Part shown: in pieces, positions 38,682 to 51,679 of the stretch | Layout of the letters: each line of letters begins with the position of its first letter | How positions within the stretch are numbered: the first letter of the stretch is position 1 | Origin: Octopus vulgaris | Lineage: Eukaryota | Assembly (NCBI GenBank): GCA_951406725.2 | Contig: OX597818.1 | Span: forward strand, 13,392,001 to 13,456,000 | DNA length: 64,000 nt | Reading direction: 5' to 3' | The notes under the pieces: generated by a model | What the model was told of the DNA's origin: nothing | The model's input: the letters and a program-made list of their open reading frames with translations, nothing else | Database searches by the model: none | Program-made: the position numbers and the translations under genes

Positions 38682-39304
38682 TTTTAGTTCATAAAACTAT
38701 AAATTTATATGATGTCACTACTGACACTTAGGTCTTGTATGGCTTCAGAAAGAAAGCACACATAATTTGAACTGATAATTGCTTATGTCTATCATTGTTT
38801 TATAGCCCTCACTGATATATCAATTTGATCATATATATATATATTGTAATTTAATGTACATATATGCACACAAACACACACGCACACACGCACTCGCGTA
38901 TATTTCCATTATCTTCAGTGAGTTTTAGGCTATTATAATACAAATAGATTATGTTTGTTTATATTATATATTGTAGTTATTGACGCAAGTAAATGAAAAT
39001 TATTTACTGTTCTAAAACAAATATAAAATTGATACATATCATAAAGACCTTCATCGTACACTATGTACACTTGCGTGTTTTGTGTGTAACATAGAAGCAT
39101 GTTTTCTTTCCTATATCCTTGTCAAAAATGTATATCTAGCTACTATGTGTATTGTTATCATATAATTTATCCCGGATTATACAGCACATGCATCATAGCT
39201 GTAAGTGTCTAGAAATCAGAATGCGAGGAAGATGACGATGCAGTGTGTAGTGAAAACGAGATAAAGATACTTCAGTGCAATAAATGAAGGCATATCGCCA
39301 TAAC

Positions 39305-40037
39305 TCTTGTCCCTTTTTACATTATCTAACTGTCTGGATGTTTTGTTGTCGCCTGTTACGTTCTTATTCCATTTTTTGTATTCCCTTTTATATACATATA
39401 GCGGCGAACGTAAACTTTGGTGTCTTTATATATATATATATATATAAAATTAATTTTATTCGTTCTTTCCTTCTTTCAGACCCTTCACACTTCGGTCTTT
39501 CTTCTTTCTTTCTCGTCTCTCCTTAAATATTCTATCCCTCTGCCTCTACCTCCCTTCACTCTCTCCACGTGACCGGTGTTCTGCCAAGCCTGATATTTGT
39601 TTCTTGGTTCGACTACCATCCGTCCAACATCTATATTCCTTTCCATGCCTGTCATCTCTTATGTCCCTGACGTAAGGCTTCACTTCCACACACACCAGCT
39701 TAATTTAATTCGTTCATAATCGAAAGAAACCTGTTACTAATGTTCTGTACTTTTCATTTGTATTTGTGTATTTTTCTCCATTTTTCCGTCCTTGTTTTCA
39801 TATACATTCGCTGCATTCTTCCAAAGAATGTAGTGCTCTTAGCTCAGATTTTTCTTGGGGTTGGCCAGATTGGAGCAATCTCGAGTATAGCCAGCCGAAA
39901 CTACAAAGATGATCTGGAACTTGACTGAAGATAGTAAACTCCGAATGACCCGTCCTTGTATTTTCTTGTTCCTTTTTGTATCATCTAACTGTCTGGATGT
40001 TTTGTTGTGGCCTGTCACGTTCTTGTTCCATTTTTTG

Positions 40038-40040
<3 letters not shown>
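39305..40040 (+). mobile_element. Non-coding element with directly repeated 3' ends (PLE-like partial tandem)
   Basis: 39305-39390 and 39965-40040 are direct repeats (atctaactgtctggatgttttgttgt...cgttctt.ttccattttttgtat). Both are followed by TA-rich tracts. Confidence 0.55.
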
Positions 40041-40078
<38 letters not shown>

Positions 40079-40169
40079 GTATATATATAAAGATCTTTCA
40101 TATTTGCGTCCATATTCTTAAAAATTGTTTTCCGATTTTAAACAGAGGATATATATGCGTTTGTGTGTA

Positions 40170-40363
40170 CGTGTGTCCTCCTCCAATGCTTGACTGTCGG
40201 TGTTGGCGCGTTCAAGTCCCTGTAAGTATGGGGTTTGGTAGAAGAGATCAATAGAACAAGTACCAGGCCTTACAGAAATGTACTGGGAGTGATCCATTCG
40301 ACCAATATTTCTGACCCGAACATGCTGAACCGCATGCATAGTCGTGTCTAATGATGATACACA

Positions 40364-40421
<58 letters not shown>

Positions 40422-40667
40422 TGTATGTATGTATGTATGTATGTATGTATGTATGTATTTGTATGCCTGTGTTCGTTCCCCCACCATCGCTTGACAACCG
40501 AATTCGGTGTGTTCACACCCCCATAAATTAGTTGTTCAGAAAAAGAGACGGGGGACCGACAGAATAAGTACTAAGCTTACAAAGAATAAGTCCTAGGGTC
40601 GATTTGTTCGATTGAAGGCCGTACTCTAGCATGGCTTCAGTCGAATGACTGAAAGAGTAAAAGAATA
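40170..40667 (+). mobile_element. Two tandem 3' halves of a SINE family (40170-40335, 40455-40667)
   Basis: Shared gcttgac...ggtgt...gagac(c)gatagaa(t/c)aagtac...cttac body. The second copy ends agcatggc...ctgaaagagtaaaagaata. Confidence 0.7.
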
Positions 40668-40733
40668 TATATAAAGGATAAGAGATATAATTTAGAATAA
40701 AAGAATCTGTTCATTTTGATGTATGTATAAATA

Positions 40734-40785
<52 letters not shown>

Positions 40786-40868
40786 ACACACACACATATA
40801 TATATATATATGCATAAATATGTGTGTGTGTGTGTAAATGTAATATGTGACAATTATTCGGTAGCTAT

Positions 40869-40929
40869 GATAAAACTCCGAGTTTCGGATGCCGGGGTAG
40901 AAATACACGCCGCAATCTCTTCAGTTATC
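40869..40929 (-). ncRNA. Type I hammerhead ribozyme motif, intact core
   Basis: Minus strand: gataa-CTGAAGA-gattgcggcgtgtatttctaccccggcatcc-GAAA-ctc(g)gag-TT-ttatc. Helix I is 5 bp and the triplet is GUU. Confidence 0.75.
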
Positions 40930-40938
40930 CGGTCATCG

Positions 40939-41053
<115 letters not shown>

Positions 41054-42616
41054 TATAATTTGGATTATATGCGTCTCACATTTTTATTGATTCAGAGTTA
41101 TAAAATATGAATAGATTACTGAACGTATATCAACAGATACTGACAGAAGACAGAGAATAACGGAAATGAAACTTATATTTCAGTAGTATATTCTAATGTA
41201 CGTATATATTGTCCATAAGCATACATATGCATACGTATATATGCGTACATACACACACAGATATATATGAATATTAGTCTATATGTATGTATGCATATAT
41301 AGAGAGTGAAAGAGAGAGAGACAGAAAGAGAGAAAAAGTGAGCACAAATATATCGCAGACTTTTAACGAGTGTTTAATAACGTGGAAGCGTTTAGATAAA
41401 AGAATTTATATGTATGTATGTATATATATATAATCTCTTCTGTTTAACTCGGCAAACAATTTATTAAAAATATGGAAGTAAATTCGTAAAATTTACAGCA
41501 GATTCTCTTCATTATAGAAGAGGTAGGAGGCAACTGTTAAAATTTTGAAATAATTATTTTGTAAAATATAAAGCCCTAATTACGTTTGATTTGAAGGCGT
41601 GGACCAGAAAATACTGAAAACAAATATTGTACCATCAATGTCATTATAATATATACGCAAAAACTAAAATTATGAGTAAGGCATAAATAAATATAACACA
41701 ACAATGCCTTTTCAATCGTGTCTCAAACACTGCTATTCTAAATCCTGATTCCAAATATTTCCCTTAATCCTTGCCTCTAAATTTAAACCAATTCTACAAT
41801 TGAAGCCAATTCAAAAATGAAACCAAAGCTGCAACCTTATAAGGGACCCCACAACATTAATACACATTAAGCCCAGTGTAAAACACTTAACACTGAAGCC
41901 AACCCAAAGACTTAAACCTAAATCTCACCCTAATTCATAAATGGAATCTTTAAACTCTAATGCCCAAGGCGAAACCCCATCTTCATCCTAATCATTGTCC
42001 TTGAAGTTTACTGTTAGACGTATCAGCCTAATCTCTAAAACACTAAACCAAATCCATTGCCTCCAACAATATGTTGCAAAAATTATTTTACATTTTATTG
42101 AACATTTTTTGAAAGTGATTTCCAAAATGCGCGGTAGGATTTTTTAAAAATATGAGTGGAGGCAGCTTTTCATCCAGTTGCAGACAATAAGGTAAATTAT
42201 TCTTAAACCCCGCTACTTAAAGCAGAAATCCGAAAAAAATATTATTAATGAAAGACAACTTACAATGACAAAATTCACAGTATGATGGTGCTTCACTCGA
42301 AACACTATTCGTGTTGCCGTTGTATTATATTGTGTTCCAGTATTTGCACTTGTCGAATGTGAAATTACTCTGATTTATAGAAAATGACGCTAATGCAGCT
42401 TCGGCTGAAAATATCTTCATCAGCTTAACTCGTTGAACCATTAGTATACCGAACAAAATCGTTGTTGGCTTTATATCCTGAGTAGAAGTCGATTTTGCCT
42501 TTCCTCATTCCGTGGTCGACAATTAAGCACTGGGTTCTGTATGATTGACTAGCTCCCTCCTCTAAAATTACAGGCTTTGTGTCCAAAGTACAAACGAAAA
42601 TGTATTACTGAAATAG

Positions 42617-42780
42617 GCGGTGAAATGGCTTGGATCTTTAGCGCGAAAGGGAACATAATTCGCAGCATTTTTTACTGACCTTTGTTTTCGGATCAGAAAT
42701 CCGGTTGAGATCAACTTAGCATTTCTTTGGCTTTGGTAAAAGAAAGAACCAGTCAAGTAAAGGTGTCGGTGTATTTATAC
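42617..42780 (+). mobile_element. Old tRNA-derived SINE copy
   Basis: Degenerate match to the head of the 60605-60996 family (ggcggtga..tggc...ttagc.cg). Confidence 0.5.
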
Positions 42781-42957
42781 ATCCCCTAAAAATTGCCGTC
42801 TTTGTGACAGCTTTGGAAAGAATAATATTCATTTGGCATGTGATCTGCCTCAAAGCAGTGGGTATATGCTCTGGTTCTGTGGGATTTGAGTTAAAATCCC
42901 CAAAGACCGTCCATAACTTTCATTCCTTCCGGTGAGATCAAATAAATCACTTGTTAA

Positions 42958-45256
42958 TCGTCTGTCTACTAATGGGTCCAATGGACCCATTTCAGTTGTT
43001 TCAGTTGCTTTTTCCTACTGTTTATATTATTTAATTCTGCTGATTTCTTGTGAATCATATTTTTTCATGCATCTCTTATATTTGTCAAATGGGAAATTTT
43101 CCGTAGGTTTATAAAAGTTAGAAATGTTCACATTCTACATTCATTACCATATGGGTCCACTGGACCCTCGAATTAAATTCAGACAATACTCTTCCCATTC
43201 TAGGTAGAATAAAAGTAGTATCAACTATTATTATACCAGATATTTATCAAATATGAAATAGATAAAATTGTATTTAAGTTATTTGCTGAATTTTGGATAA
43301 ACAAGGAAAATTATGATCGTATTCCTGTAAATTTGTGTGGTATTGCATCACGTTCAATCTGCTAGGTGACAGAGCTATATCTGCCTTTAGTCTGATATCA
43401 GGTTTTATATTGTTCAATTGTTTTCCATTATGCATAGACACGAAAACTTGAGTGAAGACTAAATATCAAAAAAGGTTATTGGAATTAGATGAAGAATGGG
43501 AAGAAGATAATAATGATTCCTTCCATTGCTCTGAAGATGATGGTGAAATTGATTGTGTGCTGGACAGTTTAGGTTCTGTGCCATGAGATGATGAAGATAC
43601 TCAAAAACAATTATCTGCAAGTCACCCAATTATGAATGATCAATGTGTTTCTAGAGAAAGACAAGAAGTTTGGCATTCTAATCCTCTTACACAAGCAGCA
43701 GTAAGAACTCCATCTTGCCATATTTTGCGCCAAGAATGTGGATCATCCTGTTTTGCTAAAATGTTTTGCGATAGCATTAAAACATGTTTTACTATTTTTA
43801 TGCAATTCGTAAATGGACAAATGTTGAAGGTCAGGTCGTTTACAAAGATAAATGGAAGGAAATTGGTCCCTCTGAACTAAAGAAATTTATTGGACTAAGT
43901 ATTCTTATAGGCGTTTATATATCAAAACATAAAAATGTCACAGTCACGGAGTCATGAAGATGGCCGCCCAATATTCAACAAAATTATGAGCCGTGGAAGA
44001 TTTCAACAGATTTTACAAGTATTGCATTTCGATGATGCTAATGCTAGAAGTAAAAAGAGAAGTAATGATAATTTGGAGCCCATAAAAAAGTATTTAAAAT
44101 GTGGTATCAGAATTTGCAAGATGGATATGTTCTAATTTCATGCATGACAGTTGATATCATGCATAATTAGTTTCAGAGAGCACTGTCCATTCCGAGTATA
44201 TATTCCTTCAAAACCAGGGAAATATGGAATTACAATTTGCGCAATATGCGACAGTGAAACATCTTATGCACGGAGAATGCAAATCTACGCTGGAAAAGAC
44301 CTAGTAAAAGGAAGAGAGACAAATTAAGGTTCAAGAATTGTTGAAGACCTAGTAAAAGAACTTGAAAATACTGGTCGCAATATAACTTGTGATAATTTCT
44401 TTTACAAGTCTAGGATTGGCTCGAAAGCTGCTTAGCAGGAAAACTACTTTAGCTGGAACAATTAGAAAGAACAGAGTTGAACTGCTAAGTGCTCTCACAA
44501 TTGAAAAGAAGGAGAAATCAACAGCACAATATTTGGATTTCTAATGGATTCTGTCATCTTATCTTATTGTCCCAAGAAAAATTATATTTTCACACTTATC
44601 AGTACAATGCACTCTCAGCCTTCAATTGATTCAAAAAGTGATTAAAAGAAACCTGAAGTTATTATATGTTACAACAAAACAAGAAGAGAAGTAGATACTC
44701 CAGATAAGATGGTAAGGATATGCACTTTAAAAATAACGACTCGAAGGTAGCCTATGATTATATTCTACAACATGACAGATATAAGTGCAGTGAATGCTTT
44801 CATTGTTGTTAAACAGCTTCCCTTGCAACGTTTCAAGGCTAAAAAAAGAGAGTGCCTAATTCAGTTAAGAAAGGAACTTGCTGGAGTTAATGGTAAACAA
44901 AAACACGAAAACAATCTTCCAGGTCCGCTAACATTTCTCAACCAAGCAAATAAAGAAGACGATCTTCAACCTCATTTGAAATTCCTAAGGCAAAGAAAAA
45001 AGGTAGATGTCCTGTGTATGGCCAAACCCCCCCCCCCCAAAAAAAAACCAGGAAAACTCATACTACATGTAAGAATTGCAATATCCATGTTTGCTAAGAA
45101 CATTCCAATGTTGTCTGCATTGGCTTCCATGAAGATCTGTAACCTTGCATTTTTGTAATTAAAAAACCGTATTTAGAAATAGTGGTCGTTTGAATATTGG
45201 GTCCATTGAACCCAGTTGATAATTAGTGACATACATTTTTTCTTGTAGACAAAGAG
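42958..45256 (+). mobile_element. piggyBac element with pseudogenized transposase (~43430-45150)
   Basis: TTAA on both sides, short TIRs (...tgtctac / gtagaca...), and repeated subterminal gggtcca.tg(g/a)accc palindromes. Motifs MSRGRFQQI, CPFRVYIPSKPGKYGI, RNITCDNF, GTIRKNR and KKPEVIICYNKT. Confidence 0.92.
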
Positions 45257-46991
45257 TTAAGTAATGGAACGGCTAGTGTCGACTAACCAATTCTTTAACA
45301 ATTGCTGATCTTCTTAAATCAGAATTCGTTATATATACCATTTTTAATTTTGAATATCTTAGAGTGCCTGGGGACACTATCATTCTCAGATAAATGTCCA
45401 CTACAATAAAAACAGCACCCTATTTGTCAATAACCAAATGCACAATATTAAAAAAAATATCCAAAAAGATCTGGCACAATCAATAATTAATAACAATGCG
45501 CAGTAATGCAGCAGCAAAAGCAACAAATCATGAACACAAAATAATCATTGGTCACATCCAAACAAATATGTTATATGGCAAAGGAAAACAGGGCAAATTT
45601 ATCAAAATAACTTCATAAATACGAATAAAAGCATCCATGTGTGTGACTTTTTAAATTACTCAAATTTATCTGAGAATTAAGTTCATTTGAGTGTGGAAAC
45701 TGGAAATAGAGTTTGATGACAGTTGAGATGTATCATTAAAATTTGAACGTAAATGTCACGTCGTCTTCGTGAAAATATAATGAAATTGGAATAATTGATA
45801 CTCTTTTAAAATATATTGAAATTATTACGGATACCTTACTCGTAATAGAATTTACTTAATTAATCACTAATATTTAATTGCCCATTTTTCATTATCGAGC
45901 CTTTATTTCCATATATAAATGCCAGCCCTATCATATAATCGTTAATTTTCAATTTTTATTAATTCTACCATATAAGGCTAACTACGAAATTACAAATACA
46001 TTGGATGCATTGTCATTTTCCCATTTTCATTTGCCGCTTTTTATTCTCCATCTTAATGTGATCTCTGTCCTTAATAATCCCAGTGTTCGCTAGCAACCTC
46101 TCCCTCCCTCTTTGTCTATCTCTCTCTTTCAGTCTCTCTTACCATAATCTATGAAATACACTTCCCGATCGATAACCAGTTTACATGCCTCCTGACAGCT
46201 CGTGGTTGTAAAATATTTTATTTGGTCTCTTTGAGTTTCATTACATTTGGGGTTTGAAAATATACTAAAATATGTTATGATTTTCCTTGGCAAACAAATT
46301 CTCTACTTGATAGAATGCATCTATATTATATATTTATCTATCTAAAGAAAGTTATCTATATCACCGTATACCTGTCTGTCTGCCTGCCAATCAGTCGATT
46401 TTCTATATGTGTGTGTGGGTGTGTGTATATGTTTATATGTATACATGTTCGCCAAAGTCCCTTTAATAAATACAATCGTCGAAAGATCCTACAGGTGTTT
46501 ACACTGGAAAAGACACACCTTTCACTCATATAAATAGTGACTAATATAGATAAGCCCTTGATTTCCCAAACATTTTTTGTAATATTTCACCCCAATAGTC
46601 AAAAAGATTTTCTTATATTCCCAATTACTACTATCCATTCTTGCGTAGCCTCTCACCTCGCCCGATTCTTTCTCCCTTTCGCTATCTAATTTCCTTTCTC
46701 TACAGTAAACATAATCGAACACACAGACACAGACCTCTCACCTCACAGCTGTCAGTTTTCTGACATTTACCCATCCACAAACACAATCACGCATTCAGAC
46801 ACACACATACACACATTAAGAGTTATATACAGTCACACACGCAGGCACTCATTCATAAAAGAAATCATTTAAACCCACCATTCTTTTGACCTGCACTCTC
46901 TCACCTTACTATTCTTATGCCTCCCTCCTCCTACTTCGTTTGAACCCTTGAACCTTTAGAACCTTCTAGATTCTTCTACATTCAGCCACTC

Positions 46992-47010
46992 TGACGTCAC
47001 TCCTTATAAA
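46992..47010 (+). promoter_or_regulatory. Candidate CRE (TGACGTCA) plus TATA box
   Basis: TGACGTCA at 46992-46999 and TATAAA at 47005-47010, about 90 nt upstream of the HHR core. Confidence 0.4.
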
Positions 47011-47089
47011 GAGACACTCATTATCGCCATGGGTTCCTTGAGAGCGGTCAGCTAAAAGTTTTTTGTGCATTTTGATGCCGATATAAGTT

Positions 47090-47184
47090 CCTTGATTTTC
47101 CTGATGAGAAATCTGCATAATGTACTCCTTATTCCTTCGGAATTAGGAATATGCAGCCTTCGAAACATATGTCGAAAATAAAGG
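47090..47184 (+). ncRNA. Type I hammerhead ribozyme motif with fully canonical core
   Basis: ccttgattttc-CTGATGA-gaa..ctgcata...tatgcag..ttc-GAAA-catatg-TC-gaaaataaagg. GUC triplet and palindromic ACAUAUGU helix III. Confidence 0.88.
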
Positions 47185-47380
47185 ATGTGTTAACTAGTCG
47201 TTCAACTCCATTCTTTCATATACTTATAATTTTAAAATAAACATACAAATTTCCGCACGAAGACACGTAGTCTATGCCCTAGGGACGTAGCTTCAACCGT
47301 GTTCTTTCTGATGTGAATTTGCTACCCAGGTATCGGTTATCTTTCGAATTATCCTTAATAAGATAATTCATTCAACTACT

Positions 47381-47421
<41 letters not shown>

Positions 47422-47437
47422 TGTATATATATAAGTG

Positions 47438-47513
<76 letters not shown>

Positions 47514-47558
47514 TATGCATATAGATGTGTGTGTGTGCGCATTTATCTATATACATTA

Positions 47559-47952
47559 CTAGCAGAATCGCCCGGCGTTGCTCGGGTTGTAAGGGAAATA
47601 ACTATATAAGCATTTTTAGAGAGTTATAGCCAAAAAATAGCAAAAACAATGCATTAAAAATTGAAAAAAAATGAAGGTAAATTTTTTTAAATCGTTGACA
47701 CATCGTAGATATTTTTAGAGAGTTACTTCCCTTATATAAAAGCGAAAAAAATTCATTAAAATGGAAAAATATGATGGTAAATTTTTTTTAAATCGTAGAC
47801 TCATCGTAGACGTGCGCTAATACCCAGAAGGGCTCGATATGAATCACGACTATAAGATACCCGCTTTTGGTTAAACTGCACCGCAAAATGTGGGAGTAAT
47901 TACGAATGTAAATCGAAGGGGACAGACACACAACTTCACTCTTATATAAAGA
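47559..47952 (-). mobile_element. Complete non-autonomous Helitron
   Basis: The minus strand starts TC and ends with the GC hairpin (cccggcgttgctcggg, 47571-47586) followed by CTAG. Inserted between A and T with no TSD. Contains an internal duplication. Confidence 0.9.
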
Positions 47953-47954
47953 TG

Positions 47955-48278
47955 CTTTTTTTTTTCAGTCATAGAGTTAGATTTATGAAGGTCTTCAATA
48001 GAAAATCCTTCGAATTCTGACTCGCTGCTTGATATAATGAAATTCGTATCCATTTTTTGTCAGAATTACAAATTTTGAAAACACAATAGGAACAAATTTC
48101 GGAAAAAAATCTCCCATAATTCACGGAATTAAAATTACACTTCGATTGTTGTACAAAACTGTATTTGAAGTGTTTACGAAGTATAATACGTGTTTTCACG
48201 AATGTACTAAAGATATTTACTCTGATATTCTCATTTAAATATGAATAGGTAAATTCGGGCGGTTTGGTAACGAAAGGG
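47955..48278 (-). mobile_element. piggyBac-like left-end fragment
   Basis: ccctttcgttacc terminus beside TTTA, and an acidic N-terminal peptide MDTNFIISSSESEFEGFSIEDL. Confidence 0.55.
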
Positions 48279-48769
48279 TTTATATAAGTGTCGTCTGTTT
48301 ATACATAAACACTGTTTCATAGTTTCAGTTTAGTCTTCCTCAAATCACTGTCGCTAATTTACTCTCTTCCAAGAACATTTTCACTCACTGTTATCTGTTA
48401 GCTTCCCATACATTTTACTCATGTATCTATCAGCATGATAGACAGAAACAAATATTACATTTACTTTCATTTTATTCGTTGCCCACTGTGTGTGTGCGTT
48501 TGCGTGTGGTGTAAACCAGACTAAGAAAAGCATTTGACACACACACCAGAATGTGAGTTTTCTGTAAATTTTGCTTAATTGGAGTTTAAATTTTAAAAAC
48601 TGGACCTGGCATGACGCGATGCATTGTACTCTCAAAAATGCTAGGTAAATTGTAATTGAAGAAATCCTATATTGTAGATTTGTATAACTCCCAACGGGAG
48701 GCAGATAAAATCTGCCTTTTATAATAAGAGATGTACACACACATGTACAACACACTGCGCACAGAACTC

Positions 48770-49310
48770 GAGACATGGTTTCATGCGGCAGGAGGCAAGA
48801 AAGCTTGGCCCGTTACAAACATCCCACGCAGATCCTGCAGACAAGGCCTGCTGTGTGAGTAGATGATTGGGAGTGCGCTGCAGATCTCCCAGAGTGGAAC
48901 GACTATCCAGCGGCCATCAAGAAGACCGCCTCGAGACTCGACATAGTGCTCCACTCCCAGAATGGCAAGGAGATCCTCCTGATCGAACTCACCGTGCCTT
49001 GAAAAACAAGGAGTGAAGATGCCCATGTCTACAAGACAGAAAAGTACGCCGACTTGGCCAGAAACCTGAGGGACGCTGGATTCAAAACCAAATCTCTGCA
49101 GTCTAGATTAGCGTCAGGGGATTTGTAGGCTCATCTGCCTACAGCCTCATGAATCAGCTGTCCGTCTCTGGAAGTAGCAGGACTAGAACCTTGTGGGCCA
49201 TGGGAGAAGCCGCGGAGAAGGCCTCAAGTTGGATCTGGTCTAGGAGGAACAATGGTCAATTTCATAAGGTTTTTTGCCCCCAATTGAAGCGAGTGCCAGA
49301 TTGGTGTAGT
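48770..49310 (+). mobile_element. 3' fragment of an RLE-type non-LTR retrotransposon (Hero-like)
   Basis: DDWECAADL...SRLDIVL...LLIELTVP*K...KTEKYADL...VRGFVG...EAAEKASSWIW, a PD-(D/E)xK endonuclease region. Confidence 0.85.
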
Positions 49311-49359
49311 CGTTACATTCCCTTTGAGTCTCTTTCCACTATGTATGTATGTATATATA

Positions 49360-49435
<76 letters not shown>

Positions 49436-50334
49436 TGTATAAGCATAAACAGATTGTCAAAGGGAAATAATGTATGTCAGTTTAATGCTTCTATGCAGAC
49501 CGAGATTTTTCCAACCTTTCGAAAGTCAACTCGGTCATCAGAAACAAATAAATGTAGCATACTAAGATTTATAAAGACAAATACTAAGTGTTTAAAGGAA
49601 AACATGAAGGAGGGACGTAGACAGATGGAGGTCAAGGACTCAGAAATTAGGGTGAATTCTCTTCTCTGCCTGAGTAAGGAAGGGAAGAAATACAGATTTT
49701 TCAGTTGCATCTAGCAGAGTATTTCTTTGCTCGACTTAAGAGAAATAGAATAAAAGACGCTTGCCTAAGGTGTCATGCAGTGAGACAAATTATAAAAGCA
49801 CATCATGAAGTTTCTTTGCTACACAGCCATAACTGTGTGGACAAAATGAATCAGAGGAATGTTTATACAAATGTATTAATATTAGTTATAAAACAAAGAG
49901 AAAACTATAACTCCACAGATATATGAGTTTCATGATAACAAGAATATTCAAAGAAATTACTAAATTTTCTAAAAAATTCCCTATTACATGTTCCTATAAG
50001 TAGCTGAAAGCTAATCAGAAAAAGAATATTTCCTCTTTGTTTACCTTTTATTTCCCCAAAAGCCATTTAAATTATGTTGTATTCTGGGCGAGACGCACAA
50101 AATTTCATTACGTACGCTACTATTACATACCATTTTAAAATAAATATGACTCATACTTGTCTATTACACCCACCCTTGCATTATATATGTATGTGTGTGT
50201 GTGTATGTGTGTGTGTATGTGTGTGTGTGTTTGCATGTTTGTGTGTGTGTCTCTCTGTGTCTCTGTATCACTCTCTCACTGCGCACATACACATGCACAC
50301 ATACATATACGTGTGTGTGTTTGTGCGTGGATGC

Positions 50335-50389
<55 letters not shown>

Positions 50390-50393
<4 letters not shown>

Positions 50394-50674
50394 CGCATAT
50401 TTGCCATTTGAATATGGCCAACCCATAAGGGTGGATGCTACTGTAGTTTGTAGCACCAGGAAGATATCTCCTCCAGCTGGCTATAGACACACTATCTGTG
50501 TCCTCTCAGTATTTGTGAAGGGGAGTCATCCTCCCCGTCTTCCCTTCACAAATACTGAGAGGACACAGATAGTGTGTCTATAGCCAGCTGGAGGAGATAT
50601 CTTCCTGGGGCTACAAACTACAGTAGCATCCACCCTTATGGGTTGGCCATATTCAAATGGCAAATATGCGTCAC
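50390..50674. repeat. Near-perfect fold-back inverted repeat (133-bp arms, 19-nt loop)
   Basis: 50390-50522 versus 50542-50674, with one mismatch seen. Derived from the 19828/35560 family and embedded in (TA)n. Confidence 0.95.
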
Positions 50675-50721
50675 GGTGTGTTACCGCTACTGTTTTCAAC
50701 TCGCTCTGAGATTTATCATTG

Positions 50722-50779
<58 letters not shown>

Positions 50780-51679
50780 GCATACCAGCGATGTGCCTCC
50801 TTGTTAGCCAAGGTAGGCAGTGCCTACATTGAATAAAATAGATCGATAGACTCATTTTCTTTTTACGACAAAATATGCACCTAATTCAATGTAATTATGA
50901 AGGTTACTCTGATTACTATGCATATAATGCAAAATATTTTATTTTTTTGTACATTAGGTAGGCATGGCCTGGCAAATTTCCGGCCTCTGACTGCCGACAA
51001 CCCGGATATACCACCTTAGTTCCAGCTGCTACTCTGCAGCAAGGTCCCCACCACCAAAGATTTCCATGAGAAGGACTGCCAATTTCAAATTCCCAACACT
51101 TACCAATCCTCAATGCTTGTTAGGCGCATGTATAGTCATGAGTACGCGCGCGCGAGTAAGCATGTGCGTGCACACTAGTATGCATACATATGTATATATA
51201 AATGAATACGGATGTGTATACATATGTACATATAAATGAATACGCATGTTTGTCTCTGCGTACAAGTGTATGCATATGAGTGTACGTACGTGTATTTGTG
51301 TGTCACCGCGTATTTGTGTGAGAGCGCATGTTTGTTCATATATATGTGTGCGTGTGCGCGCGTGCGCATACGCGCACAGGCACAGATGCAGAGACATTCG
51401 CATTAATAGAGACATATGAAAAACCATATGAATGGGTCTATACACCCACATATACAACTATATACTTGCAAATGCCGCCCCTTTTTACTTCCCCTCCAAT
51501 AACCCGACCGATTACCTGTCCACCACATAGTCGATCTCTTGTCAACGACGAGGTAAACTCTCCAACTAACTGTTCCTGATATGCCAAAATCAGACTGATA
51601 TATCAACACCTCGTGACCTTCCTCGACCGATAGCAGCCCATATTACTGTAATAATACTCAACAGCTGTCATTCAAATTC

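Larger units (their letters stand above)
42200..45800 (-). pseudogene. Decayed GPCR split by piggyBac and SINE insertions (remnants at ~42200-42450 and ~45300-45800)
   Basis: TM3-like ILCS*FVAFAAALLRIV (~45490-45545), TM6-like FSAEAALA, and TM7-like HHTVNFVIVSCLS (42241-42290). Confidence 0.3.
46480..47382 (+). mobile_element. PLE-type 3' UTR/pseudo-LTR containing a promoter-like motif and an HHR
   Basis: Pyrimidine/CA-rich body, TGACGTCA plus TATAAA, and the hammerhead at 47090-47184. Ends at (TA)n. Confidence 0.6.

Noticed and set aside
41740-42050. Degenerate TAACCC-like telomeric tract
   Set aside because: Too diverged, with no run of intact hexamers.
49470-49546. Minus-strand CTGATGA next to a gaccgag/ctcggtc hairpin
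   Set aside because: No correctly positioned GAAA or cleavage triplet.
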